From Dendrobates tinctorius (lineage: Eukaryota): a stretch of 64,000 nt of DNA. The stretch is from the NCBI RefSeq assembly GCF_039654945.1, contig NW_027361687.1:62372001-62436000 (forward strand). Direction: 5' to 3'. The notes beneath the pieces were generated by a model that saw only the letters and a list, made by a program, of their open reading frames with translations, was not told where the DNA came from and did not search any database. Both the position numbers and the translations under genes were made by a program. Within the stretch, counting starts at the first letter, position 1; each line of letters begins with the position of its first letter. Of the stretch, positions 12,736-25,079 are shown in pieces.

Positions 12736-14130
12736 AATATAGCTGTAGGGTGGGCCTCTAGAGTCAATTCCTCCTGTGGGCCCCAGACGCCCCTGTGGTT
12801 ATGCGTTTTCTGCAGTGTCACCTCTCCACGTGCTGACAGCTAGGACATAATGCAATGACTGTGGGTGAACTGAGGTGTGGCGACCGTGCCCTGTGGTTTA
12901 CCTTCCCGAGCCATGTGAGCGCAGAGCAGTAATAACCCCGGGGCATCAGAGTCTAATAAAGTAATAACCTTTCTGGCAATGCTCTGCATGCCCCAACACC
13001 ATCCTGGCACAACCCTGACACCTTTCTGTTGATGATCTGCCCATCCCTGACACCGTTCTGGCTCAACCCCCATGCTCCCGGACACCTTTCTGGCATAGGT
13101 CTGCACACACTAAGACAAGCCTGACGCTCCCCGACACCTTTGTGGAGCAGTTGCGACTCCAATTTAGAAATATTTACAGAATAAGTCCGGTAAATCTGAA
13201 TGCAGTTTTCACTAATTTGCAATATCCACGTTTCACCAGTAGAGGTTGCTGTTTACTATAGAAATCCTGGCTAGATATCTGCTTCTAAACTAATTGACAC
13301 AATGACATCTACTGGACATACAGTGAAATTGCATTTAAATAACATTGTTGGTTATTCTCCTTATTAGTCACTGGAACAAACACTTTGTGGACATTTATAG
13401 GTTTTCTTTTTCTACATAATTAATCACGCCAATAAGAATATTAAGGAAAAAAAGTGATGTATTTTTGTACAAACAGTAAGCAATGAATAGCCGGTTTTCA
13501 CTTATAAATCATTTTTCATAGATTTTCCAAACTGCATATTGATAAAACCAGATTAAACACGTGGCCATGGGCAGATCGGGACGGTACATGTTTCACAATG
13601 GGGCCAGGATCTCCAAACTTCGCTTATATTCACCTTAAATTGCTTTTTCCGCTCTAGGAGGCTGATTCTCTTAGAGGAGATCAGTCTGGGGCTGGGGGTC
13701 TTCCAAGCAATGCTTCCTGGGAAAAATCAGCTCCCCTCCAGATAGAGGAAACCTTTTCTCCAGCCCCACCAGTGGGTTGTACTAGAGACAGTTTTCTTTC
13801 TATAGGTGGCACCAGATACATTTTTTCCTCTAGGTGGCTCTAGAGACAGTTTTCTTCCTTCTGGAGGAGAGCATATTTGTAAGCTTCTAGAATAAAATTC
13901 TGGAACATCTCGGAAGAGATCAAAACCAAACTTGTGACCAAAGATCAAACTTTACAAAGCTGTTGCAGCTCTTAGGTGTTGAGGACCGAGTCTGGACAGG
14001 GTCCATCAGGCCAGTCCTTCATATTTCTGATCAGTCACCTCCTCCACGAGTTCGCCTTCTTCAGTCTTCCTTCTAGGTGACCCAGAAGGCTCTGTAACTT
14101 CTCCTACGATCTGGGATGGACTGGTCATGC

Positions 14131-14261
14131 CTAGATGTTTCGGCAACAAGCCTTCTTGGTTTCGGCATCTTGACCCTGGGTGGTGGGAGTGTCGTTAGAT
14201 AAGACCACAATGTTTTCTTTGGGCACTTCTCCTTTGTTCTTCAGGACCCTCTTGTAGATAT
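14131..14261 (-). CDS. rab25: Ras-related protein Rab-25, coding exon 5 (stop TAG at 14131-14133; C-terminus CCRNI prenylation motif)
   Basis: AG acceptor at 14262-14263; phase consistent with exon 4; the spliced CDS totals 645 nt (214 aa). Confidence 0.93.
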
Positions 14262-14366
14262 CTAGAAGATAAGACCATAAGATGTGTACTGTAATATCTA
14301 GACTGTCCTCAGAATAGCACCCTGGAAACCAGGAGACCCTGTAAAATAGGAGGACGGGACACTCAC

Positions 14367-14447
14367 CCCTAAGGATGGTTTCGAAGGCCAGTTCAACATT
14401 GGTGGAGTCAAGTGCTGACGTTTCCATAAATGACAAGCCGTTACTGT
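14367..14447 (-). CDS. rab25: Rab-25 coding exon 4 (DSNGLSFMETSALDSTNVELAFETILR)
   Basis: 81 nt, AG/GTGAGT boundaries, contains the G5 motif ETSA. Confidence 0.95.
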
Positions 14448-14896
14448 CTATAGGGAAGAAGAACCAGAGATGGGGTGAGGGACAATGAGGGAAACTTGGT
14501 GGTGGGATCAGCAGAGGCCAACGGGCACCATCATTTAGTCATTTTTCTTTTATACTGGATAGCCCCTTTAATTATACGTATATCAGGCTTTACGCAAATA
14601 TTCTATCCAGACGCCACGCAAGAGTAGGAAGCCAACACAGTTCAATCTCGTGATATAGCAGGAAGTTTTGACTTCAGGCTCTATCGCTGTCCGTCTGGTA
14701 ACAGCAAACTGCTGTAGGGCTTCAGCTTTTGGGACGCTAGCATACCCATGCAGGCGGCACAATGACATCATTGCACCGCCTCTGCAGGCTCACTGTAGAC
14801 ATTAGAAGAGAAGGAGACTGCAGTGGCGAGTATAGGGTTGTGGGGACATCATACTATACATAAGGGACCACTATATAGTAAATGGGGGCTGTGAGG

Positions 14897-14898
<2 letters not shown>

Positions 14899-14947
<49 letters not shown>
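14899..14947. repeat. (TA)n microsatellite in rab25 intron 3
   Basis: Direct reading. Confidence 0.95.
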
Positions 14948-14951
<4 letters not shown>

Positions 14952-15257
14952 CATAGTACCTTATAGAGTGGCTCTCTGGACATCCTGCTGTATAAAGGGA
15001 GCCTGTGGGGGCCATAATTCTGTATAAAGGGAGCCTGTGGGGAACATCGCTCTATCGGGCACACAGTCTGTGCAGCAGTTTTGGGGGATGGCAAATCATA
15101 GTAATGATGCAGTTTGTGGAGTATTGGGGTCCCTGTTCCTCAGTGCAGGTACAGGACAGAGGAGAGTTTGTTTTTGTAGTTAGGAAATGAACGCCCCACA
15201 GTATTTCTCCTGACCACCCGTACCCATACACAATAGCCCCCTAGTGGTTGACATTAC

Positions 15258-15454
15258 CTGCATACATCTTGGCTTCCTCTGTCGGCACCTCCCGGGCCTC
15301 ATCTGCCAGGTCAGACTTGTTTCCAACCAGCATCACAAGGATACTAGCATCTGCGTGGTCATACAGCTCCTTGAGCCACCGGTCCACACTTTCATACGAC
15401 TGATGCTTGGTGATGTCGTACACCAGGAGCGCCCCAACAGCCCCCCGGTAATAT
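15258..15454 (-). CDS. rab25: Rab-25 coding exon 3 ([19 protein letters not shown])
   Basis: 197 nt, AG/GT boundaries, G4 motif NKSD, Rab25-type WLKELYDHA. Confidence 0.95.
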
Positions 15455-15590
15455 CTGAAAGAGGAGGAAAAGAGCCCCCCAGTGGGTAAGTGAGAAGGTG
15501 TGATTGTGGAACAAACCCTTTAAATTTACATGAAAAGGGGCGTTTCTATCACTGGGTACGTTCCTTGCTCGGGGGGGCTATGTAACTTAC

Positions 15591-15786
15591 GCAGATGTAA
15601 TGGCTCTATAACGCTCCAGTCCTGCCGTGTCCCAGATCTGAGCTTTCACTAGATGACCGTCCAGCGTCAGCGTCCGGGTGGAGAACTCCACGCCGATCGT
15701 GGTGCGGCTGTCGTGGTTAAACTCATTCCTGGTGAATCTGGACAGGAGATTGGTCTTACCCACCCCAGACTCTCCGATCAGGACCA
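15591..15786 (-). CDS. rab25: Rab-25 coding exon 2 ([32 protein letters not shown])
   Basis: 196 nt, AG/GTAAGT boundaries. P-loop GESGVGKT and the Rab25-diagnostic DTAGLE (Leu where Rab11 has Gln). Confidence 0.96.
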
Positions 15787-16052
15787 CTGCGGGAAAGAGG
15801 CGATAGGTCAGGCCAGCAGGAAGCAACACAGCACAGGATCAGATATACCGACTCAGCATCAGGGCTGTGGAGTCGGTGCTCATTTTGGTGGAGTCGGAGT
15901 TGGAGTCGGTATAAAATGGACCTACTCCGACTCCTAAAATATATAATAAATTGGGTACAGTAGATCAATGCAGAACGTGCTGAATATTTTTTCATAGGAA
16001 TTTGGGAAAGTTATGAAATGCCCTATAAATGACTGTTCTATTCCTGATCTAA

Positions 16053-16537
16053 GGCTACATTCACACACAGCGTTTTTCCTGCATTTTTTGAGGATACGTA
16101 TTTCAGTTGCAAAAGCAGATCAGCTTTTTAAGCTCATAGATGTTTTCAATAGCAAAAGAAGATTAGAAATCTGCTCTATCTATATATCCATATCATATCT
16201 GTACCAAAAAGAATGAAAGCCGGATAGCACACAGACTAACACTCCTTTTTTTTTTTTTTTTTTTTAGCACCAGTCAGGTACACCTCATAGCTGCCCAAAA
16301 GGACGCCCAGGACAGGCATTGTTCGTCTTCAGTAACATCAATCGATAGTTGGAATAAATAGACTGCATTCATCACCACCCCATCTTCTTAAGGTGCAGGC
16401 TTTATTTTCAAGTGTAGGGGTGTGAAGTATGAGGTTCTGCAGCAGCTGAGGTGTGCAGTATGAAATTCTGCAGAACAGCATGAGGTTCTGCCCCCCCCAG
16501 GTTTCATCCTGGCTACGCCCATAGTGTGAATGTAGCC
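16053..16537. mobile_element. PIF/Harbinger-type MITE
   Basis: TIR GGCTACATTCACAC / GTGTGAATGTAGCC with TAA/TGA flanks. Confidence 0.75.
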
Positions 16538-16547
16538 TGAGGATCTA

Positions 16548-18159
16548 GGCCAAAAGTTTGGACATACCTTCTCAAAGAGTTTTCTTTATTTTCATGACTA
16601 TGAAAATTGTAGATTCACTCTGAAGGCATCAAAGCTATGAATTAACAGATGCGGAATTATAGATTTAACAAAAGAGTGTGAAACAACTGAAAATATGTCT
16701 TATATTCTAGGTTCTTCAAAGTAGCCACCTTTGCTTTGATTACTGCTTTGCACACTCTTGGTATTCTCTTGATGAGCTTCAAGAGGTAGTCACCGGAAAT
16801 GGTCTTCACTTCACAGGTGTGCCCTGTCAGGTTTAATAAGTGGGATTTCTTGCCTTATAAATGGGGTTGGGACCATCTGTTGTGTTGTGCAGAAGTCTGG
16901 TGGATACACAGCTGACAGTCCTATTGAATAGACTGTTAGAATTTGTATTATGGCAAGAAAAAAGCAGCTAAGAAAAACAAGTGGCCTTCATTACTTTAAG
17001 AAATGAAGGTCAGTCAGTCCGAAAAATTGGGAAAACTTTGAAAGTGTCCCCAAGTGCATTGGCAAAAATCATCAAGCGCTACAAAGAAACTGGCTCACAT
17101 GAGGACCCCCCCAGGAAAGGAAGACCAAGAGTCACCTCTGCTGCGGAGGATAAGTTCATCCAAGTCACCAGCCTCAGAAATCGCAGGTTAACAGCAGCTC
17201 AGATTAGAGACCAGGTCAATGCCACACAGAGTTCTAGCAGCAGACACATCTGTACAACAACTGTTGAGAGGAGACTTTGTGCAGCTGGCCTTCATGGTAA
17301 AATAGCTGCTAGGAAACCACTGCTAATGACAGGCAACAAGCAGAAGAGACTTGTTTGGGCTGAAGAACACAAGGAATGGACATTAGACCAGTGGAAATCT
17401 GTGCTTGGTTTGATGAGTCCAAATTTGAGATCTTTGGTTCCAACCACCGTGTCTTTGTGCGATGCAGAAAAGGTGAACGGATGGACTTTACATGCCTGTT
17501 CCCACCGTGAAGCATGGAGGAGGTGGTGTGATGGTGTGGGGGTGCTTTGCTGGTGACACTGTTGGGGATTTATTCAAAATTGAAGGCATACTGAACCAGC
17601 ACGGCTACCACAGCATCTTGCAGCAGCATGCTATTCCATCCGGTTTGTGTTTAGTTGGACCATCATTTATTTTTCAACAGGACAATGACCTCAAAACACA
17701 CCTCCAGGCAGTGTAAGGGCTATTTGACCAAGAAGGAGAGTGATGGGGTGCTACGCCAGATGACCTGGCCTCCACAGTCACCAGACCTGAACCCAATCGA
17801 GATGGTTCGGGGTGAGCTGGACCGCAGAGTGAAGGCAAAAGGGCGGACAAGTGCTAAGCATCTCTGGGAACTCCTTCAAGACTGTTGGAAGACCATTTCC
17901 GGTGACTAACTCTTGAAGCTCATCAAGAGAATGCCAAGAGTGTGCAAAGCAGTAATCGAAGCAAAAGATGGCTACTTTGAAGAACCTAGAATAAAAGACA
18001 TATTTTCAGTTGTTTCACACTTTTTTGTTAATTATATAATTCTACATGTGTTAATTCATAGTTTTGATGCCTTCAGAGGGAATCTACAATTTTCATAGTC
18101 ATGAAAATAAAGAAAACTCTTTGAATGAGAAGGTGTGTCCAAACTGTCGGTCTGTACCG
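16548..18159 (+). mobile_element. Tc1 DNA transposon, defective
   Basis: ~200 bp TIRs (left tip eroded). Transposase fragments at 16981-17556, 17492-17716 (VKHGGGGVMVWG, FQQDND) and 17655-17909 ([12 protein letters not shown]). TA at 18160-18161. Confidence 0.9.
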
Positions 18160-18432
18160 TATGTAATCAATATTATACAGTGTATTACATATTTACAATT
18201 TATTACAGTTTGTGTTCTAAAGTTGTATTCCAATAAATAAATATTATGTTCTATCTAAATATCTTGATTATTGGATCATAGAAATGATTAAATGTCTGAT
18301 GTTCACATTGTACTACAATAAATTTTTCACTTAAACATAAGCAATATGTGTGAGAGTCGGAGTCGTGGAGTCGGAGTAAGGGAAATTGAGGAGTCAGAGT
18401 CGCAGGTTTGGCTTACCGACTCCACAGCCCTG

Positions 18433-19945
18433 GTCAGTATCACACAGGATTGGATTAGATACAAAGCACAGCAGACAGTATCACACAGGAGAGGATTAGA
18501 TACTGTCTGCTGAGCTGTGCATCATACAGGATAGGATTAGATACACGGCTCAGCAGTCAGTATCACACAGGATAGGATTAGATACACGGCTCAGCAGTCA
18601 GTATCACACAGGATAGCATTAGATACACGGCTCAGCAGTCAGTATCACACAGGATAGCATTAGATACACGGCTCAGCAGTCAGTATCACACAGGATAGCA
18701 TTAGATACACGGCTCAGCAGTCAGTATCACACAGGATAGCATTAGATACACGGCTCAGCAGTCAGTATCACACAGGATAGCATTAGATACATGGCTCAGC
18801 AGTCAGTATCACACAGGATAGCATTAGATACACGGCTCAGCAGTCAGTATCACACAGGATAGGATTAGATACTGTCTGCTGAGCATCATACAGGATAGGA
18901 TTAGATACACGGCTCAGCAGTCAGTATCACACAGGATAGCATTAGATACACGGCTCAGCAGTCAGTATCACACAGGATAGGATTAGATACTGTCTGCTGA
19001 GCTGTGCATCATACAGGATAGGATTAGATACACGGCTCAGCAGTCAGTATCACACAGGATAGCATTAGATACACGGCTCAGCAGTCAGTATCACACAGGA
19101 TAGCATTAGATACACGGCTCAGCAGTCAGTATCACACAGGATAGCATTAGATACTGTCTGCTGAGCTGTGCATCATACAGGATAGGATTAGATACACGGC
19201 TCAGCAGTCAGTATCACACAGGATAGCATTAGATACACGGCTCAGCAGTCAGTATCACACAGGATAGCATTAGATACACGGCTCAGCAGTCAGTATCACA
19301 CAGGATAGCATTAGATACACGGCTCAGCAGTCAGTATCACACAGGATAGGATTAGATACTGTCTGCTGAGCTGTGCATCATACAGGATAGGATTAGATAC
19401 ACGGCTCAGCAGTCAGTATCACACAGGATAGCATTAGATACACGGCTCAGCAGTCAGTATCACACAGGATAGCATTAGATACACGGCTCAGCAGTCAGTA
19501 TCACACAGGATAGGATTAGATACTGTCTGCTGAGCTGTGCATCATACAGGATAGGATTAGATACACGGCTCAGCAGTCAGTATCACACAGGATAGCATTA
19601 GATACACGGCTCAGCAGTCAGTATCACACAGGATAGCATTAGATACACGGCTCAGCAGTCAGTATCACACAGGATAGGATTAGATACACAGCTCAGCAGT
19701 GTATCACACAGGATAGGATTAGATACACAGCTCAGCAGTCAGTATCACACAGGATAGGATTAGATACACAGCTCAGCAGTCAGTATCACACAGGATAGGA
19801 TTAGATACACAGCTCAGCAGTCAGTATCACACAGGATAGGATTAGATACACAGCTCAGCAGTCAGTATCACACAGGATAGGATTAGATACATGGCTCAGC
19901 AGGCAGTATCACACAGGCTAGGATTAGATACACGGCTCAGCAGTG
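18433..19945. repeat. 41-bp minisatellite (CAGTCAGTATCACACAGGATAGGATTAGATACACGGCTCAG)n in rab25 intron 1
   Basis: Period 41 read directly; contains inverted-variant units. Confidence 0.95.
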
Positions 19946-20407
19946 TGTGGGAATTCTCTCAGCGATGTCCCAGGTGGTGTAGATGATGTGACAGCGTCTC
20001 ATCCTCTCCCACTCATCATTATGTTGGGACTTGTTGCATCACACACCCGACTATTTCCCATGTGACATGAAAGTGGCAGCCTCCTGCTTCACAAGCCGTA
20101 ACGCCCAGATGTGGCCAATCACAGAGTCATTACACGGTATCACTCATGAAAGGCCCGGGCTCCGTACACAGTGCCGGCATCTGTCAGACATGTACACTCC
20201 CTGTAAATACCGCCTTACACGTTTGCGGTCACATTAAACCAGTGTATCTAAGCCTGCAAACTGAAATGATAGGCTTAGATACAGCAGAGTAGCAGCACAA
20301 TAACACATATGACTGGTGAGCTGTGTATCTAAGCCTATCACGTGGCTCAGCAGGCAGAGTCGCACATCTTGGAGGGATATTTATGAAGCCGCCATTGAGC
20401 AAAACTA

Positions 20408-20508
20408 TTGTTGCCTATAGCAACCAATCAGAGCTCAGCTTTCATTTGAATTTCTGCTCTTTAAAAGCTAACGCTGTGTTGTGATTGGTTGCCATTAGGC
20501 TACAACAG
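20408..20508. repeat. Short inverted-repeat (MITE-like) element containing GTTGCCTATAGCAAC-CAATC
   Basis: Arms TTGTTGCCTATAGCAACCAATCA / TGATTGGTTGCCATTAGGCTACAAC. Confidence 0.5.
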
Positions 20509-21205
20509 CTTTTCCTTTTAGATACATTTGCTTAGATACAGCAGGAAGTATCACACATGACAGGATTAGATGCAGCTGCATTATTTATCAGTGCTACGGT
20601 TAGTTTTCTTATCACTGTGTACGGCTCACGCGCAGACAATTACTCTGACACATGGCGTGATATTACTAGCTATTATTAGTCGCTGACCACAAGGACTAGG
20701 CTGCAATATGGCACCAAAAGTCTCAGCATTACTTTCTAGAACCAGGAAGATCAGGATGAGCAGTACAAGTCAGAGCTACACGCCTTTATGCGACCTTTTA
20801 TTCTCCAGGACGAGGTCGTTAGACGGCAGAAACTTATCTGGAGTTTTATCATCAGGTCATGTTTGTAGGCAAATACTGGGTGTGATAGCCATGGTGCTGG
20901 GAGGAAAGGTTAGGCCTCTGACCGAGGAGGGAACGGCATGGGTACACGCGGTAAGTAGGCCTCGACATTCCCAGGACTGTTGGAGGTATTGTGGGGGCCC
21001 CCAACATCTTCCTCTGGGGAAGAGGAAACAAACAGGTGTGCCATACAGTGCTGAAAGAATACTGTCAGATGGTATTCAAATATTAACACCTTACGGTGCA
21101 TAAAGAAGGCTAACACACAGTGCCCGTAGGAGCACAGACTGGGTAAATATCAGCATGGCCTAAATACATCTAAATATTACCACCATACAGTGACTAAACA
21201 GTATA

Positions 21206-21242
<37 letters not shown>

Positions 21243-21675
21243 CAAAGAGTAGTGTCATACAGTGACAAACTATTTCCGCCATTAAAAAAAGCTAAATACC
21301 AACATAGAGTGCGTAAATAATCTAAAAACACATGGCCTGCAGCAAAATAAAATGGTAAAATAATAGTGCCGTACAGAGCTGAAATAATACTGCTATTATC
21401 TAGTAACCAAATAAGCGTACCATACAGTATGCAAGTGAAACTAGTAGACAGGCCTGAACAGAAAATGGTCAGCTATTAGTGCCATATAATGCTTATTACA
21501 CCAGCATAGAGTGACATGTATCACCCTACAGTGCTGCAGCCATGCACTGTGGTCACATACCAGCCCCACACACAGCTGCAGCAACATGCAAAGCTACAAG
21601 CTAAGTGCAGAAATCATGTCACCATACAGAGAAACAACAGGATCTCATCCTCAACACCTTACAGAGCAAAACTAA

Positions 21676-22147
21676 GGCTAGTTTCACATTAGCGGTTTTT
21701 TGCGCAGCGCATCGGGCGCATAAAAAACGCAAAACAAACGCGCGTTTTTTTAACGTCATGCGCACACTGATGCGTTTTGCATGTGTTTGCGTTTTTTTAT
21801 GCACATGCGTTTTTAGGTGTGTCATTTTTCCATTGTCTAGAGAACATTCTAGACTTGTTTAACTCAAAAACGCAGGCGCAAAAAAACGCAACCGTGCGCA
21901 AGACCATGCGCACGCATGCGTTCCCATAGACTTCAATGTGTTTTTGCGCATTACGTGCACAAGTGTGCGCATGCGTTTTTTTGCCGAGACAGGGCGCACC
22001 AAAAAATGCAACATGTTGCGTCTGGCGCGAAAGACAAAAAAACGCATGCGCACGAAAACGCAAGCGTGCGCAAGACCATGCGCACGTCATGTTAAACATA
22101 GGTGCGCACGATGCGCTGCACACAAAAGCGCAAATGTGAAACCAGCC
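21676..22147. mobile_element. PIF/Harbinger-type MITE in rab25 intron 1
   Basis: TIR GGCTAGTTTCACATT / AATGTGAAACCAGCC, perfect TAA TSD (21673-21675 and 22148-22150), palindromic interior. Confidence 0.85.
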
Positions 22148-22529
22148 TAACCCCAACATCCAAATAATAGTACAGAACTAGTACCACCGCTACACTGTGC
22201 AGCAATACGGGGCCGCAGAGAGCGCCATACAGTGCTAGGAAATTATGCCGCCCTACAGTGACCAACTCAGAGCGGCCCTGAAGAGGAGAAGCACAGTGCC
22301 AATAGAAGAGCGCTGCGGCAACAGTGCCTATAGAATACCGGCAGCACCGCACAGGGCCATAACAACCGAATAGTGCTATGCCCGCCCAGCATTGCCGCAC
22401 ACTGACCAGAGAAGTCATACTGCCACAGAGTGCGCCCACAACGTAGTGTTCGGAAAAGGGAACTGCTCTAGGACAGAGTGCGGGACTTTGCCCGGGCCCG
22501 TCTGTGGCGGCAGGGACGGGCGGCCTCAC

Positions 22530-22569
22530 CCTTGAACACAAAGTTATATTCATCCTCCTCAGACTTCAT
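22530..22569 (-). CDS. rab25: Rab-25 coding exon 1 (MKSEEDEYNFVFK)
   Basis: GCAGCCATG start context and 40 nt ending in G|GTGAG. Phase 1 joins exon 2 in frame. Resembles human MGNGTEEDYNFVFK. Confidence 0.92.
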
Positions 22570-22850
22570 GGCTGCCCCCGTCGCCCTCCCGGCAGCGGCT
22601 CTGCGGTGCGGTCCTAGTGGCCGGAGCCCCTAGCAGGTGTGCAGCTGGCGGCGGGGAGTCCTCGCATACCTGCGGCACTTCCGGCAGACAGGTGGGGCGC
22701 TGAGGTGACTCAGTGGGCGTCCTGTGCTTAGGTGTCGCCTTTCAGGACTGACAGGTAATGCAGAGCTCCGGCCTCTGATTGAGGCAATCGCTACCGACTG
22801 ATTATTAACCACGTCCCTGCCGCCACAAAGCTTCCATGCCTTACCTCAGG
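22570..22850 (-). promoter_or_regulatory. rab25 5' UTR / proximal promoter (GC-rich)
   Basis: CpG-rich sequence upstream of the ATG. CAGGTG at 22634 and 22689, CAGGTA-type sites at 22667 and 22752, ETS ACTTCCGG at 22677, AP-1 TGACTCA at 22706. Confidence 0.6.
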
Positions 22851-22869
22851 AGGCAGGATCACAAATCCA

Positions 22870-23843
22870 GAGGCTCAGATACCCCACTGGGAGATACAGC
22901 ACGGGGTGCAGGCTCAGATACCCCAGCCCCACTGGGTGATACAGCACGGGGTGCAGGCTCAGATACCCCAGCCCCACTGGGAGATACAGCACGGGGTGCA
23001 GGCTCAGATACCCCAGCCCCACTGGGTGATACAGCACGGGGTGCAGGCTCAGATACCCCAGCCCCACTGGGAGATACAGCACGGGTTGCAGGCTCAGATA
23101 CCCCAGCCCCACTGGGTGATACAGCACGGGGTGCAGGCTCAGATACCCCAGCCCCACTGGGTGATACAGCACGGGGTGCAGGCTCAGATACCCCAGCCCC
23201 ACTGGGTGATACAGCACGGGGTGCAGGCTCAGATACCCCAGCCCCACTGGGTGATACAGCACGGGGTGCAGGCTCAGATACCCCACTGGGAGATACAGCA
23301 CGGGGTGCAGGCTCAGATACCCCAGCCCCACTGGGTGATACAGCACGGGGTGCAGGCTCCGATACCCCAGCCCCACTGGGTGATACAGCACGGGGTGCAG
23401 GCTCCGATACCCCAGCCCCACTGGGTGATACAGCACGGGGTGCAGGCTCAGATACCCCAGCCCCACTGGGTGATACAGCACGGGGTGCAGGCTCCGATAC
23501 CCCAGCCCCACTGGGTGATACAGCACGGGGTGCAGGCTCCGATACCCCAGTCCCACTGGATGATACAGCACAGGGTGCAGGATCAGATACCCCAGCCCCA
23601 CGGGATGATACAGCACAGGGTGCAGGCTCAGATACCCCACTGGGTGATACAGCACAGGGTGCAGGATCAGATACCCCAGCCCCACTGGATGATACAGCAC
23701 GGGGTGCAGGCTCAGATACCCGACTGGGTGATACAGCATAGGGTGCAGGCTCAGATACCCCAACCCCACGGGATGATACAGCACAGGGTGCAGGCTCAGA
23801 TACCCCAACCCCACGGGATGATACAGCACAGGGTGCAGGCTCA
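22870..23843. repeat. 45-bp minisatellite (with 39-bp variants) upstream of rab25
   Basis: Unit GGCTCAGATACCCCAGCCCCACTGGGTGATACAGCACGGGGTGCA. Confidence 0.95.
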
Positions 23844-24074
23844 CTCAGGAGCAGGCATTGGAGCCATGGGTTCTCACCTAGGCTGTAATAAACCAGATGA
23901 ATCTAATGTCTCCTGGTGGGCCAGTGGCCCAGAATAAAACGGCGTAAGAAGTATCATTTCCTAGTCACTGCAGCCTCCTTACATTTTATGTACAAGATCG
24001 AGTCCACAACGCACCAGCACCAAGTGGTACAACCAGTGCCATCTCTCCGATGTGGTCTAGTGGCGTATACAAAG

Positions 24075-24995
24075 CTTACTCCCTGGTGGTATAGTGGTAA
24101 GTCACTTCCATATGTCTTACTACTCAGTCCCTGGTGGTATTGTGGTACAGTCACTTCCATATGTCCTACCTCTCAGTGCCTGGTGGTATGGTGGTCCAGT
24201 CAGTTCACATGTTCTACTTCTCAGTTCCTGGTGGTATAGTGGTACAGTCACTTCCATATGTCCTACTGCTCAGTCACCGGTGGTATAGTGGTACAGACAG
24301 TCCATATGTTCTACTGCTCAGTCCCTGGTGGTATAGTGGTACAGCCAGTCCAATATGTTCTACTGCTCAGTCCCTGGTGGTATAGTGGTACAGCCAGTCC
24401 AATATGTTCTACTGCTCAGTCCCTGGTGGTATAGTGGTACAGCCAGTCCATATGTCCTACTGCTCAGTCCCTGGTGGTATAGTGGTACAGCCAGTCCAAT
24501 ATGTTCTACTGCTCAGTCCCTGGTGGTATAGTGGTACAGATAGTCCATATGTCCTACTGCTCAGTCCCTGGTGGTATAGTGGTACAGCCAGTCCATATGT
24601 CCTACTGCTCAGTCCCTGGTGGTATAGTGGTACAGCCAGTCCATATGTCCTACTGCTCAGTCCCTGGTGGTATAATGGTACAGACAGTCCATATGTCCTA
24701 CTGCTCAGTCCCTGGTGATATAGTGGTACAGACAGTCCATATGTCATACTGCTCAGACCCTGGTGGCATAGTGGTACAGACAGTCCATATGTCCTACTGC
24801 TCAGACCCTGGTGATATAGTGGTACAGACAGTCCATATGTCATACTGCTCAGACCCTGGTGGCATAGTGGTACAGACAGTCCATATGTCCTACTGCTCAG
24901 ACCCTGGTGATATAGTGGTACAGACAGTCCATATGTCATACTGCTCAGACCCTGGTGGCATAGTGGTACAGACAGTCCATATGTCCTACTGCTCT
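24075..24995. repeat. 48-bp minisatellite, left part
   Basis: Unit GTCCCTGGTGGTATAGTGGTACAGCCAGTCCATATGTCCTACTGCTCA; the same family resumes at 44291. Confidence 0.95.
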
Positions 24996-25061
24996 GTCCC
25001 CTCAGTTTTGGTCCGTCTCTGTTCCGTGGTGACATGCTCAGCACCTGCACATTAATACATT

Positions 25062-25079
25062 TGGCGTAGTCGGCAGGAT
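25062..25079 (+). promoter_or_regulatory. Primer binding site complementary to tRNA-Ser 3' end
   Basis: TGGCGTAGTCGGCAGGAT is the reverse complement of ATCCTGCCGACTACG-CCA, and lies 2 nt after the LTR end. Confidence 0.88.

Larger units (their letters stand above)
15860..18432. mobile_element. hAT-like non-autonomous element in rab25 intron 1, hosting a MITE and a Tc1
   Basis: TIR CAGGGCTGTGGAGTCGG / CCGACTCCACAGCCCTG, subterminal GGAGTC repeats, and 8-bp flanks CTCAGCAT / GTCAGTAT (6/8 match). Confidence 0.75.

Noticed and set aside
13230-13320. Two CTCF-like motifs downstream of rab25
   Set aside because: Each has mismatches in the core; too weak to call without a matrix score.
15587-15829. 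Rab11 assignment
   Set aside because: [14 protein letters not shown] and ELYDHA, plus synteny, identify Rab25.
18433-19945. CRISPR-like periodicity
   Set aside because: There are no unique spacers or cas genes; this is a eukaryotic minisatellite.
22836-23937. 300+ aa repetitive ORFs in three frames
   Set aside because: They are products of a stop-free 45-bp minisatellite; open on both strands with no domain or splice support.
25062-25079. tRNA-Ser gene
   Set aside because: Only 18 nt complementary to the mature 3' end including CCA; this is a PBS.
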